A stretch of DNA of 63,997 nt, the filler included, from Perkinsus olseni (Eukaryota): the NCBI GenBank assembly GCA_013115125.1. It is 5 parts of 5 records of this genome, joined end to end, with 100 filler letters (N's around TTAATTAATTAA, not from the genome) between each part and the next. Parts side by side here need not be neighbours in the genome. Positions count along the whole stretch, not along the records: positions 1 to 13,729 come from JABANN010000746.1; 4 more parts are not named here. One strand, given 5' to 3'. The translations under genes were made by a program, and so were the position numbers. Numbering within the stretch: the first letter of the stretch is position 1; each line of letters opens with the position of its first letter. Below are positions 1 to 13,590 of this stretch, one piece after another. The notes under the pieces are model-generated. The model made no database searches and was not told the DNA's origin. It saw only the letters and a program-made list of their open reading frames with translations.

Positions 1-399
1 CCGTACTCGTCCAGGTGACAGTGCACGAGTCGAAAAACCGGATATGCTAAGAATTTGTGGAGGGGTGTAGTAGACTTCTCTCTAGCATCATAGCTAAGGG
101 GAGACAGCACACTCAGTGGTCGCACAGTCCTGTCCCGATAGTGATCAAAGTCGTCTACGGTGTCGACTGATGTGACATCAGTCACCGCCTCATTCAATAC
201 ATCATTCAATTCTCTGCTCAACACGATACTTCCTCTAATTTATGTGGATTCATTTATGTAGTAATTTTTGTCCTCCACTTGTGTAAGCATAATTGACGAT
301 GAATAATTGTCTTGTTGCCTTCGCGGCCGTGACGTCCCTCAGGGACAGTCACTGCCTCGAGTACTTCGCAGCGTCACTTCGTATCGCTATTACTCGTAG

Positions 400-2750
400 G
401 CCACTCAGTGGATTTATCGATCATAGCTACGGTGTCCGCAAGTACAATTCTGTTGGTTGGTGTATGGGGTTCCCAATGCTGGCAGTGACAGAGCTAAGGG
501 CTGAGAATGGTATCCTTGGTGCTGTCGCCCTTACATTGCGATGTTCTACCATAGTGGCGGCACCATCATCTCTGCGGTCTACACAGTTGCACGCATACGT
601 TGAGGATTTCGCCGCCCTTGTTCGCCTTCGTGTTGCAATCGGATGAGCATGGGACAGCAAGTGTTTCAAATAAACTTGCTGCCTGGAATTGAACCAGGGT
701 GCTTCGCTTCCAAAGCAGGTGCTCTAACCGACTAATCAATTCAGCCGCAATCTGCTTCACTGGAACTTGGAGTGCCGCCCCTGACCTTCCACGGCACATT
801 AATAATGATATAATTATGGGAACCAGAGTCTCTAAATTGAAATAACGATCTCGTAATTAAACTCTCTTATTTTGTCGGGGAAGGTGAAGGAGCGAAGAGT
901 TCATTTTTCGGGTGATGTGCCCGAATGGTTGATCGCGGGTGTCGATTGAAGCTTTCCTTACACATCGTGCTGTCCATGGTACAATCGTGGAGCAGAGGAA
1001 TGTGAGGAATGAAATCTCGGCCGCCTTGGCCAGAAATATAAGGAAGTTTAGTGAGTTCAGACGGCGGTAGACAAGTCCTCCGATTGAAACTGTCCTTAAT
1101 AACGAGCAATACATGACTTAATTATCACGTCTTCCTGCTCTTAGGTTTCGACCGACTTCTTCTGCGTCTTCCTCCATCCTCGCGGTCCGCTGGGTCACAA
1201 AAGAGCACTTGAACCTCAAAAAGATGGATTCGCTCCACAATCGTGAAGTTTCTCAGCACGAAGAGCTGCCACTCCGATAATACACAATTTTGGTCTTCAA
1301 AAACTCTTCCGAATGCCGGCCGCTGCGGTCTCCTTAGCGTTAAGTCCTATGATGAATGGCGCCACTGACACCGTGCCAGCGCCTCTCCTTTCGTGAAGAC
1401 GCTCTTTAACGTGTTGACCACAGCGCCTCTGTAATCTTCTTTTTCAGAGTTCTACTAGCGCCAGGGGCAGCGGCAGCACCGCCCTAGGTCGTAGATACTT
1501 CTGCGCTGCCTTTTTAGAATTGGACTCGTGGGCGTGCAAGTCGGCAGGTGCTATTTTGAAAAAGCTTGGTGGTGTGTTGCTTTGAGAATTGGGCGGTCTC
1601 CATCCAGTGGGGATCGTAGTTCGATCCCCGGCCATTGTTTCTCGAATTTTGCATTCGTCCAGATCCCTCCAGTGCTTCGTGACTCCATCGTATGGGATTG
1701 AGTTTGGGAGATCCCGAGTTCAATTCTCGCTGGTAACATCTCTATAGCCGCGGAATAAGAGGCTCGTCTTTTCCGAAGCTGTGAGTGAGACTTCTCAGTT
1801 TAACAAACTCGACACGCTGTCTCTCCCACACTGTAACTGAGAAGTATTCGAGTAAGAGTGTACGGGTCGGAGCTGTTGATTACGACCGGGGGCGCTGTTG
1901 TTGTTCAGGATTTAACGAGTGTTGTATATTATTTTCTTGCTCCATGTCCGCATATCAAACAACAGGAGCCCAGTACAGTTCCAAGCAGGATGAGGCGCAA
2001 GGTGATACAAACGGGAAGATGGGGCTGTCTAGCTCGGAAATTTCGCGGAAATTTTGTCACTGCGAGTTTTGAGGAATGCAGCTCGCCGTTGGCTTGTTCG
2101 AAATAAATGCCGACTTTCGTTGAATTTTTCATCTGTTTATTGCAAGCATCGGGCGAAGATAATTCTTCTTGTGCTTTTTGTCTTTCTCGGAGTGTACTGT
2201 ACGCGTCGCGCCGCCTCGTCGGTCTCTTCAACGAGATGAGCGCTTAAAACGAGCTCGTCGTCCTGAAGTGAGGACGACGAGCCACCTCATGCTTCATCGT
2301 GCTCGTGGCTCGAGGACGTTCCATCTCATGTTCAGTCTGAGTTACATGTGAAACATTTGACGGTAACATGAGCTACCTCATTTCACCTGACTTGACCTTC
2401 TTATTTCATCTCGACGGCTTCCTGAAGGCGATTGTTCCAACCTCAACCATACTGAATGATGTGAAGTTGGCAGCGCCGCTGGAGTATGCACTCGCGGCTC
2501 ATCTGTTGTTACAGGTCGAGCAGCTTAGGGTACACCTAACAGTGAGGTGGATGAACTCGAAAAAACCGCGAGTGTATTGAACTGAAGGCTTTAAGGATGG
2601 ACCCACCTAGTGGCCCGAAATGAAATCGTCGAGCTGGAACAAGTGGTTGTTGCTGTTCAGCCCAGGGGAGGGGTCCTGCCCGGGCTTGATAAATCGGCTC
2701 GAGCAGTGGATACGTGAGAAACGATCTAGTCCCTCGACGCTCCACTGCGA
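400..2750 (-). mobile_element. Highly degenerate non-LTR (LINE-like) RT/RNase H remnant
   Basis: Broken minus-strand motifs occur in LINE order: KPGQDP-like (~2680), GTVLG (~1965), KYL (~1495) and a possible RNase H-like segment (~620-660). Many stops and frameshifts; boundaries approximate. Confidence 0.3.
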
Positions 2751-3740
2751 ATGTGATTATTCATCGCTCATGATCCACAGCTGCTGCCAATAGTAGGGCC
2801 ATATCGTCTACGATTCCTGACTCCTTGCGAGCCCAGGTCTGCGCTGCGGGGTCGGTGGGCAGTCAACTGCTACTGCCCATGCCCACCACTACAGTGCGTT
2901 TACATTCGGTTGACAAATCACGGAGATTGGGTCATCTCCATGAGATACTCTTTGGAGGTAACTTACTCCCCTGTAGCCTGTCGACCGAGCGTAAACAACC
3001 TGTGTAAGTAGTGTGTCGCTGCAGCCCTTGAGATGCCGCGAGTGAATCAACAGTCGGAACTGGACGAATGATACAACCTATCAACTGAATGCACGCTTTA
3101 GGAGTTCGGCTGCATGCTCATCAGGGAAAAATTTTCATGAAATCGCGGATTGGTACGAGCTAGTACACATGATAGTCCTTACGACCGGATTTCCGAATGA
3201 GGCGCCATGACTCGGTGGTATCGGGGGTGACTTCGTCCACGTGAATTATTCGAAAACGAAGAAATGACTTGGTATTAGATCTCAAATTCAGCTGAGCGTT
3301 GTCCTGCTTTTGTGAAAAGTTTTCCACCATCGATGAACATCAGCGGTGACACACTATGAGTGTACCAATCCCAGTGGAGTCTTCCCAGAATCCGTACTCT
3401 CATTCTTTATCCTCAGGTTTGTCGCTCACCGGTGTCAACGCTACGGTTGTACGTCTTACAGCTGTCGAAGTCACAGCGAGGATGCTTCATGGTGAGGGCG
3501 GAGGCAACGGCGGTGATGGGCGAGAGAGTATGGTTGTTCCTGTCAGGCGAGACGCCATCTGATGCCATGCAGAGCGGCTTTAATGATGTTCAACAAGAGT
3601 ATCTTGACACTGCGCAGCTCCCTGCAGCAGCCTCGGAAGATCGGGCAACGGCAGCGAATCTGATAGAGAATGTGAGTTCTAAGTAGATGTCCAATCGCTA
3701 TGGTTCTCGAGAGCTTCTCTTTAAAAGGATGTCACTCTGA

Positions 3741-3830
3741 CTCAGGATTCCTGAGTAGTCCTCAGTATTACTCGGAATTCCTGAGTAGTCCTCAGTATTA
3801 ATCAGGATTCCTGAGTAGTCCTATTATTAA
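3741..3830. repeat. 30-bp tandem repeat x3 with internal palindrome
   Basis: The unit CTCAGGATTCCTGAGTAGTCCTCAGTATTA occurs three times with few substitutions. It contains the inverted repeat CTCAGGA-T-TCCTGAG. Confidence 0.9.
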
Positions 3831-6110
3831 CATTTCCTGTTTTAAGTGTGAGGATATCTCGTTCTCGGCATATACGAAACAGAATGATTCCTCTCAAGAA
3901 CTTCTTCATTTCAGTTGCCTGTATTATCGTCATCGATCTCAATAGTGTCAAGGAAGAGCGCCTCCGTAGTCAGTGAACTCGAAGATTTCATACTTGCACT
4001 CGAGAGGGATGCTGTTGCCGATGGCAAGTCTCGTGGGGTAATAGGGAGTAGCGTAATAGGCATGGGAAAGATCTGGCTGCGGTGGTGGTATTATATCTTG
4101 TCCACTCCTGAGCGCAGGGCTTGTTAAAGGTGAAAATCGCCGATGGCTGCCAAAATTTTCGCTGAGGATTGGCCGTGTTATGGAAAATTTTCGATAGTTT
4201 TTGAAAATTTCATAAAATCCTGCCTGTTCTGACCATCTTCTACATTCGCGATGAAGCTGATCAGTCGGCTGAGCAGTAAAATACTCAGACTGGGAGTCAT
4301 CACGTCGCGTGGACGAGGCGAAGTGGCACTGTAAGAAGCGCTCGTAAAATCTCAATTTTTTCGATCTCGCACAACGGTTTGGTTAACGCTGCTTTAGTAG
4401 TACATGTAGCTGTTTTCTCATCGACATCTATCATTCTTTTCTCGTTAACGCTGCCTCGTTAAGTATTCCGGGAAAATATCTCGCTGAGGCCTAGGTGGCT
4501 GCATCGATGAGTTCCTGTGCTCAGGGCATCATCAACGTCCCCACTACGGACGATTGCTTCGGAATCTACATGTCTTTCATTGATGCCGACTTGCCAATCT
4601 TCCCAGTGCTCTTCGATCCGCTATCGAGAGACAACAGACCGGCTGCTAGCTGTCTCTATTTCGACTCGGTAAGATGCGGAATCTAGCTTCTCTTGCATCA
4701 TCTTGCGGTTCCTTGACGCTGTTTTGACCTCTCAGAGTGTCGACTTGGCTGCGTTTATGGGGCAGCTGATGAGCAAACTGTCGAATGTGCATTTCAACTC
4801 TGTTTGCCCTCTGGAGGTGAGATCCGCGTATTTGAGACAGAGAAATCTGTCCTTGGGAGTTGCGCATTTTCAGGTACTAACTTTGCAACCAGCTGGCACG
4901 GCCGGGTTGGACTCGGAGCACCCGGTGGGGTGTGACGATCTCATTGAAGCACTGGGCTGGCCGAGACCGCAAGCGGCTCCTCAGGAAGATGAGCATTCAG
5001 CTGTGGAGAGTGATGGGGCGGAGCGAAGCGAAGGGAAAGCGGAAAAGGCATCCCCGAATGACGAGGAAATAGTGCCGGTAACCCCAGTGAAGGGAAAGGA
5101 GGGAACGCTCATGCAACTGGACACACCGGCAACGGTTGCCGGCAGCTGCGCGGATGATGAGCACCAGCAGCAGGGTTCGACGAGAGGAAAAGCCTTCCGA
5201 GTTGAAGGTGCCAGTGGTGACATGTAAGCCCAGTGTAGCCGAGAGTCTCCGGCCAGCTCATGGGTCGAGTAGGAACAAGCGTAGATTTTAAATCGCTAGT
5301 GTTTTGTTGCATATTGCTACGTGAAAATTTTCCCGCCTGAAATTTTCCCGCGGGAAAATTTTCCACCGGAAATTAGAGCGTGTTGGTGCAGATGGAAACG
5401 ACATTCTTGTTTTCTTCAGGGACCTTCCGGCAGAGGAGTTGCCGTCGGAAGAGTTGCCGGAGTTTTCTCTCCTACCTCCGGAGCCAGTCATCGAGGGCAA
5501 TGAAGATAACCAGTTTTGTGGCTTTTGCGGGTTCGACTGGCGTCGAGAGTTGCTGCCCCTCCACCAAAGGTTTTTCGGCAAAGAACAGCAGTAGCTCGAT
5601 TAGCAGGATTCATCCATTTTAAAGGCTTTTGTTCTCTTCTGTAGCTGACCAGATATTCAAAAATCGTTATATTTCCGAAAAAGTTTCTTGCGGGAGTTCG
5701 TTTGCTGTACGGTTCTCATGAGCTTTGAGTTCGCAGAGTTGACGAAACGCTGGTTAAGGGAAGAGGTTATCCGGAAGCCCTCTACTATGCTATGCATAGG
5801 TAATCCGTGTCGAGAGAGGGACTCTCTGTCGGGGATCTGTTGGAGCAGGGGGGCGGCATGGGAGGTATATCCAGCCTGATACGAAGGTGTGTGCTGGGGT
5901 TTCGAGTTGAACGCGGAAAACCGGCATAATCCGGCAGACCAGCATCGACGATGCATCTTGATCGAAGAGAAAATCTTGGAACATGGAGGATGAGCTTGAT
6001 ATTCTTATTATACTCTGTAACTTTCTTCTAGGCTGTATTCTTCGACTCATTCTTTTACTTAGATCGTGACTCTCCTGTCCTCATTCTGCTCCAGGCGATG
6101 GGTGGTAGAC

Positions 6111-7191
6111 CAGGGGCGGTATGCGGATACTGATTCGAGAATCACAGGCACTGATTCAACTCACTATCTGATTTCCGATTTTGATTCAACTCACACCATG
6201 ATTCGCAAGTGTTGATTCAGATTCCGTATTCATGAGTAAGATTCATGATTCGTGAGTATGATTCCTGATCCCTGATTTTTCTCAAGCGGTGATTCTGATT
6301 CTTGATTCAGAATCATGATTCTTGATTCAGAACCATGATTCCTGATTCAGAATCACGCTCAGCCACTGATTCTGATTCTGAGTCAATGAGTCATAGTATT
6401 TACTCAACCCAGTGAGTAAGAATCATGATCCTAGATTTTTTCAACGTGATTGTGATTCAAAACTCATACTCGTGAGTATTTTCCTCAACTCGAGAACGCC
6501 GCAGATTCAGAATCACATTTTTACTCCGCGTGTGATTCCGAATCATACTCACGTCGTGAGTATCCCCATTTTAGCACGTTAATTTCCCTTGATTCGTACC
6601 GGGAGTCCGGACCCCCGGTACCAAAGGCTGATTCAGATTCTCCACGCTGAGTATTCATGCAATTTTGAAAATTGAATTTTCCCGCACTGGCTTGACATCG
6701 GTTATGGTCGCTTTAAGAATTGAACTAGGGTGAAGAGGATGATGGGCCAAGTTGCTATCCGCTACACCAAATTCCCCGAGGAGTCGAACTAAGAGTCGTG
6801 ATTCGCGGAAGAAGGCCCCAAGGGCTTTCCGCCATCCGACATTTTTGGGCAATGAACAACGAAATTGTCTAAGTCGCTGGATCGCTCGTTTCGGCGAGCG
6901 CTAACCCACTTCCCATATTCCGCCTCAAGTGGGTGATTTAATTTAGTGATCGTGCGATACCGCGAATTGACCATCTGATTTTGAATCAGAGGTTCTGAGT
7001 AAAAATCGAGCAAAAAATCGGCTTCTGATTTTTGAATCACGGTCGAGATTCAACTCAAGCTCGAAAGATTCTGATTTCGTACTCTGGAGTAAAAAATCAC
7101 TGAATCACGGCGTATTACTCACCGTGTGATTTTTTTCTCTGAGTAAAAAATCTGACTCACCCCTCGAATCAGTATCCGCATACGGCCCCAG
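6111..7191. mobile_element. Non-autonomous TIR DNA transposon (MITE, hAT-like ends)
   Basis: 27-bp TIRs: GGGGCGGTATGCGGATACTGATTCGAG (6113-6139) versus the reverse complement of 7163-7189, with 1 mismatch. The subterminal regions are dense in TGATTC/GAATCA motifs. No transposase ORF and no clear TSD. Confidence 0.8.
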
Positions 7192-7534
7192 GTAACTTAC
7201 CTGGTTTACCTCGTTTTCAGAACACCCAACCGCCGGTACCGGTCGCTCTGAGACCGAGGCCGTGCGCAATGGGCTTGTCAGGCCTGTGCGAAGGTTGGCC
7301 AGCGGGCTGCTAGTAGCTGATATGCTACGGCCGGGTTCAACGGTAAATGAGTCACCATAGGAGCTGTTAGCTGAGACTGTCGTGCGCCACTGCACACCGA
7401 ATGATTAGCGACACTGATCCAACGGCGGGCGCCCGATTATTCTGCCAAATGAATTGCCCTTGACAATTTAATCAAGCAGTTACAGCCACTAGGAATGATG
7501 GACAGTCACTCACAGTAACTCACCTTCGGCTCTG

Positions 7535-7621
7535 TCAGAGGTGCCTCGAGGGCTCCCAGACACTAACAGCTCAGAGTCGCTCTGAACCGTTAGTGTCCGG
7601 GCGCCCTCGAGGCACCTCTGA
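7535..7621 (-). other. 87-nt near-perfect foldback hairpin
   Basis: 42-nt arms with 4 differences and a 3-nt loop. Confidence 0.85.
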
Positions 7622-8007
7622 GACTCTCAGACTGAGAGCTGAGCGTTCTGCCATGCATAAGGCAACTGTGGACATCGTTGTGGTGCAGCACCAGTGATGA
7701 CCACTGGTGCTACACAAAACGCGCAGCACAACGCGTTATTGGCTCACATAGTGGTTCAACAGAGGCTCAGCAAATTAATAACGGCAACACAAAGCAGGTC
7801 TTGTTCCGTAACATCCACAACCACAATGAACAACACTAAAAACTTTTTTGATGCGCAAGGTGCTGGTTAATGATAGTAATGACGAGTCCTTGACCATAAA
7901 CAGGTTGATGATGATCCGATATAGCCACTGGTTGCCGAGTTCCACTATTCGTTCACATGCGCTTGGTGAAGCACCCGGGGCCACTCACCTCCATTCGATA
8001 GAGTTTA

Positions 8008-10964
8008 TCACAACCCAGTCCTCGCTCGCTTAGCCGGGGTAGCTCCTTCGTCGCGAGTTGTTACCGACGCAGACCTCCGGCCGAGCACTCGACCAGCTGC
8101 AGTCCCCTGCGGAGTCTCAGCGAGTTGCTCTATTCCGTCTGAGGAATCGGCGGTAAGTGCGTCATCAATATAGTGTAATCGGATGACACTATCGGGGAAT
8201 GCCGCACCCTGCCCGTCAATCGTCGCACCTAACAACAGATCCCAGGCGGCTCTATCTCGCGACCAGTACATGACAGTAGTCCCAACCATGAAGTTGCTGA
8301 TTTCAAAGATATCCCCGGCGCGCTTGAAAGCTTCGTCAATTTCCCTCGCATCAGTTCGTCCAGCGGTGTCGGTCACGAAACATAACTCGTTGAATTGGAT
8401 GAGACTCAGTGTGGGAGGAGTGAATGCCAACCCATCAGTCGTATCCAGAGGCACCCTAGAGAAGTACCACAGCATATCGTTGCCGAGTGTACTCTGTGAG
8501 CAGCGAGCCGTGGTGCAAAAGATAATCAGGCTGGCCTCCAACGATTGCCGATCTCCAACGGATATTTCCAATGACACTTCGGTAAACTGCTCTGTTGCTT
8601 GCTCGTTGAGGTACAATCCTATCGCAGGGGTCGTCATAGGAGCCATAGAGGCTGTCGGGGCGCTCTGATAAGAGTTGGTCCCGTGAGGTTGTTGACCTGT
8701 GCTACTTGCCGCGGAGCCGTCTATGGTTGGCACTGGTAGCGTCCCTGTGGCGGTAGTTGAAGGTGCGTTTAACGGGGCAGCCTCATGCATAGTGATCATT
8801 GATGCATCCCTAGGAGGGTTGTAGTTGTTGTCGGCTCCTGCCGCGCGGCCTTCGTTTGCCTCATCGACCGCTCGAATACTTGATGGATGGATGACGGCCG
8901 AAGCTTCGAGGGACGGCCCATTCTCTTCAACCATGCTGCCGGCTGCGACTACCGGATTTGTTTGACGTTGATCTCCTTTTACGCTCATGACCACTGGCGA
9001 GCACCCTCCATTAATTCGCTGCTGGCATCTGCTTGGACTCTCGAGGAATAACACCCAATGTCCGTTCGTCCAACAGATGTGCAATGAGGGAGTCAATTGG
9101 TTATCTGGTTTCATTGAGAATGTACTGTAGACCTGTGAAACCATAGTCACCGTCGTTAGCTCCCTCGAAAGGGCCCAGCAGTTTCTTCGGGTGATATAAT
9201 ACATCTCATACCCTATAGTTGCTTGAATATTGCCTCCGCGTGATTTCCGCTTCAGCACAACGGTCGTATCTTCTTCTCTCGGCATCCTGTCACTCATAGT
9301 CGAGTTCCCAAATATGAACCAAGCATTGATATCTTCACCCCTTGATGGAAGCACGGTCATTTCTATCCACCCCAGCGTGCCGAAAGTTGAAGTCGCCCCA
9401 TAGTAAAGTCCCGGTTCCATCTTGTTGACCCCTCCTCCTGGCGGGTTTTCGGTAACGGCTTCAGTAGTTGAAGGTGATGACGTATCCTCCGTCGACATCA
9501 CTGGTGTTTCCCGCGGAGTGTCATCGTTGGTGGCTCCCGTAGCATGTCCTGGGGCTTTCACGGTGCCTTTGACCGGGGTTATAGGGTCTAGTACGCCTGA
9601 AAAAGCGGAAAGCCGGGTTGTTGGGAGAGGGTCTTCTTCGCCCAACGATACTACCATCTGTGGTTCTTGAGGATGGTCCTTCTACACCCCTGCGTTGTCT
9701 CTCCATGATTACCGGTGAAGAGACTTTCTCGACATTCTCGCGCACGCCTTCGCTGCCGAAGAAGATAACCCAATCATCCGAAGTTCGACAAAGACGAAAC
9801 AATGCAGTTACTACGAGGTTTTGCGCGATTGAGAATTTCTCGTACACAGGGCGGAGTTTTGTGACGTATTCTTTCTTCTTCCGGAATCCCCAGCAGTTGC
9901 TCGAAGGGATCGTCTCCGGCGCGCCCATAGATACTTGGATGTGATAGTGACCTCGTTTCCGCTTCAATGCAATCGTCGTGTGTTTTCGACGCTTTGCCTC
10001 AAGAGGCTCTCGTGGCATCCTCACTTTCTCATCCGAGTTGCCAAATAGGAACCAAGCCTTGACATCGTCATCCGCGCTCAGCAGGACATTCATTTCTATC
10101 CACTCCAGCGTGCCGATAGTGGTTGAGGCGGCCCCATAGTAAAGTCCCGGTTCCATCTTGTTGACCCCTACTCCTGGCGGGTTTTCGGTAACGGCTTCAG
10201 TAGTTGGAGGTGATGGCGTATCCTCCGTCGACATCACTGGTGTTTCCCGCGGAGTGTCATCGTTGGTGGCTCCCGTAGCATGTCCTGGGGCTTTCACGGT
10301 GCCTTTGACCGGGGTTATAGGGTCTAGTACGCCTGAAAAAGCGGAAAGCCGGGTTGTTGGGAGAGGGTCTTCTTCGCCCAACGATACTACCATCTGTGGT
10401 TCTTGAGGATGGTCCTTCTACACCCCTGCGTTGTCTCTCCATGATTACCGGTGAAGAGACTTTCTCGACATTCTCGCGCACGCCTTCGCTGCCGAAGGAG
10501 ATAACCCAATCATCCGAAGTTCGACAAAGACGAAACAATGCAGTTACTACGAGGTTTTGCGCGATTGAGAATTTCTCGTACACATGGCGGAGTTTTGTGA
10601 CGTATTCTTGCTTCTTCTCGAATCCCCAGCAGTTGCTTGTAGGGATCGTCTCCGACTCGCCCATAGATACTTGGACCCAAGAGTGACGTCGTTTCCGCTT
10701 CAATGCAATCGTCGTGTGCTCTCGACGCTTTGCCTCAAGAGGCTCTCGTGGCATCCTCACTTTCTCATCCGAGTTGCCAAATAGGAACCATGCCTTGACA
10801 TCGTCATCCGCGCTTGAAACGACATTCATTTCTATCCACTCCAGCGTGCCGATAGTGGTTGAGGCGGTCCCGTAGTAACGTCCTTGTTCTATCTTGTCCA
10901 CCTTTTTTCCTCTGGCGAAGATGAATGATATAATTAAACTGCTCGTCTTGAGTAGTCGTTGCAT
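8008..10964 (-). CDS. Putative secreted tandem-domain protein (~946 aa; exons 10964-10391, 10332-9655, 9596-8008)
   Basis: N-terminal signal-like MQRLLKTSSLIISFIFARG. Three domains start K(M/I)ExGxYYG..GTLxWIEM and are separated by S/T/P-rich linkers. Two identical 58-nt GTAGTA..TTTTCAG introns (10333-10390, 9597-9654) join the three ORFs in frame; the DNA repeat period is 736 bp. Confidence 0.75.
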
Positions 10965-13009
10965 CAAGAATGTCGCGTATTAGTAATAAGATATTACGAA
11001 AACTGAAGGAAAGTACTTTATCTGATTCCGCTGACGCCCCTTAGTGTTGGAACTATCCAGTCGCTCGAATTCGCCTTGGAATTTCGTGTTCTACTTGCAT
11101 AGTGCATTAAAGCGCAGCGGTTGGCGCGGCTACGCCCGAGCCGTCTCTTCAATCGAGCGGCGAGAAGCCCAGTTTCAGACAAGCAGTTTCTACCGGGCAC
11201 CCAAGCAGCAGCGGCAGCAGGGCTCGATACTGTCGAGTCGACAGCAGTACGGAACCGTGATACCTCTGGCTTGGGGGACGCGGGGTTGGGAAACTCGGCT
11301 GTCCTGGGAATCTGAGATAGCGGCGCTAACAATACACAATGCGCTGCGATAGGTTATCCTGTAACTGTGTGTTCTCTTTTGCCTTTTTCGAGTGATCTTG
11401 CAATGCTGCAGCAATTTGCTGTGATTTGCAGTGCAGTATAGGCAATTTGTGCAGCATAGGAAAGATGGTGCAATAATAAAATTATTGAATCATAATGTGT
11501 GCGCGACGCACAGTGCGGCGATTGGTGCCTAAGAACCCTAAACTGGCCCTTAGTCATGATTCGAAAGGGCAACATTTCTACCGTAACAACTTGTAACAAG
11601 TAACCTTTTACTCAGCCCCTTGCTATTACCTATCACACGGACGCTTCTGACACCTCCAGCGACACTAGCGACACAGCGAATCCTGTTAATAGTGAGATAC
11701 GGGAAAACTCTCGATGGATTCACAGTCCGTCTCACTTATTGCGTAGTACAATACGATACTATACCAGATATGATGGCACTTCCTAATGTTACAATGCGTT
11801 GTGTACATTCGAATGTGAATCAGATCTTATCTGGCCATTGGTTGTCTTTTACAGAAAAAGGTCTAGCAATGACACTGCACGTTTGAAAGACTCGAGTCTA
11901 ATGTGTTCTTCGGGAAAGACATGCGGAGAGAGCGAATTCCAAGAATCGAGTACACGGCACCAGCGGCGATGAATCGCCAAGTCGTTTTGTCTCTTCGCCA
12001 CGGCCAACTTGTATGGGTGCAACCGATACTTCGATCGTGTATTGTAACTGCCTCGGCTGCTGGTAACGACAAACCGCGTTTGTAGGGAAGGTGAACCACG
12101 CCTGAGCACTACTATTTTGTAAAGCAAACACATCATGCCAACGTGCCGGCGCTAACCATGATATTAGTCATAGATTATTCGATTGCCAAAAATATGAGAA
12201 TATTCGAATTCAATAGATCGGCTATTCTTGTATTGTGGCGGATAAAGACTTTGTTCGTGAAAAGTTTTCACTGAAAACACTATTAATGTCGCACGGTTCG
12301 TCACTTTAGCGAGAGGGTTATAGCTTTATACTATAAAGTTTATAGCATTATTATAGTCCTCTCCCTACTCCATTCCGTCGAATGGTTTACGGACCGTCAA
12401 AAAAAGGAGTGGGGAATCGCCCGATTGTGCCGCTCACTTGCAGCATACTGATGATGAATTCAACAGCGTTTTCTCAACCGGAGTAGAAGAGCTCGCCGGG
12501 GAAACTCCCCCAGCTGGGTTGCAATGCAACCCATGCAACCGTTGCATCAGGGGATTCGGAGTGGTAAAGTACTCGGCCGGAAGGTCACATCGGCAACAAG
12601 GCAGAACGAAGGAGCTTCCCCGGCTGAGCGAGCAAAGAGTCGATTGTGATAGACTCGATCAAATGGTGAGTGGCCATGGATAACTCACCCATCGAGCGCA
12701 TCACGTGCGCATGAGCTGCGAATGTGAACGGATAATTTAACTCGGCAACCGGTGACGGGATCTGATAACATCAGTGAAGGTCATTAGTGACAAATCATCG
12801 CCATTATTGATCAGCTGCCCCTAAAATGGAAGTGACATTTCCACAACTGACCAGTTTTGATATTGTGTTGATAACTTCACCACAACATTGTTGTAATGAT
12901 ATTCTTTTTGGTCGTGGTTGTTACAGAATGGGACTCGATTTGCGTTAGCGAAACTTCATGTCACTGATTCACCGGTGTTTGAGCCTCAAACTTGTTCCGG
13001 CCATGACGC

Positions 13010-13180
13010 TGTGACGTCCTTGGTCCGCACGCCCCGCGGGACCGCACGCCTGTGACGCCCCATGAGACGTGACGGACAGCGTGACGTGACGTACACCGTG
13101 ACGTACACCGTGATGTACGCAATCGGGACTCTCTTAGCTTTCATTGCTATGCTGCTCCTACTATTCACGCCTTTCCTCTC
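13010..13180 (+). repeat. GTGACGT-iterated segment, possible solo LTR or retroelement end
   Basis: Repeated (C)GTGACG(T) motifs followed by TATGCTGCTCCCTACT. This resembles the minus-strand LTR at 57263-57375 (GTGACGTGACG...TATGCTCTTCCTACT). Confidence 0.4.
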
Positions 13181-13590
13181 AGTTTTTACACCCCGGAATA
13201 CTTGTCTACTTTCGTTGTAAATCTCAACACATCTCCCTCATGCCCCCGTCTTTCCTTCGCTTTGGGTCTCCTATGTCTCCTACTCACCCACACAATTCCT
13301 GATATGCTCGGTTCAACCACGCTGAATCCTGAGGGGGCTTATGAATTCTATAGATCTCACGCGATGTGCGGGGATCATGAATACGACAGGCATAACGCGT
13401 GCTGCCGTGAAATGGAGGTTTCGGCAGTATGCTATCATTGTGCTTATGATATCTTCGCTGAGCCACAACACCGCCTACACGTCGACTGCTGTTACGACGC
13501 ACGGTGGCGCCAAAATTCAAAGTGCCCCAAGAAAAATACTGATTATAGATACTTATGTGTAAGACTCTTACACAAATAATTTGTGTAAGA

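Noticed and set aside
1609-1635. tRNA-like TTCGATCCCCGG
   Set aside because: It is only a short GGGGATCG/CGATCCCC hairpin with no other tRNA arms.
4703-5227. 174-aa ORF
   Set aside because: Non-ATG start, low-complexity C-terminal half and no family match; it cannot be supported as a gene.
9597-10390. Programmed frameshifts linking three overlapping ORFs
   Set aside because: Identical 58-nt GT-AG introns explain both frame changes.
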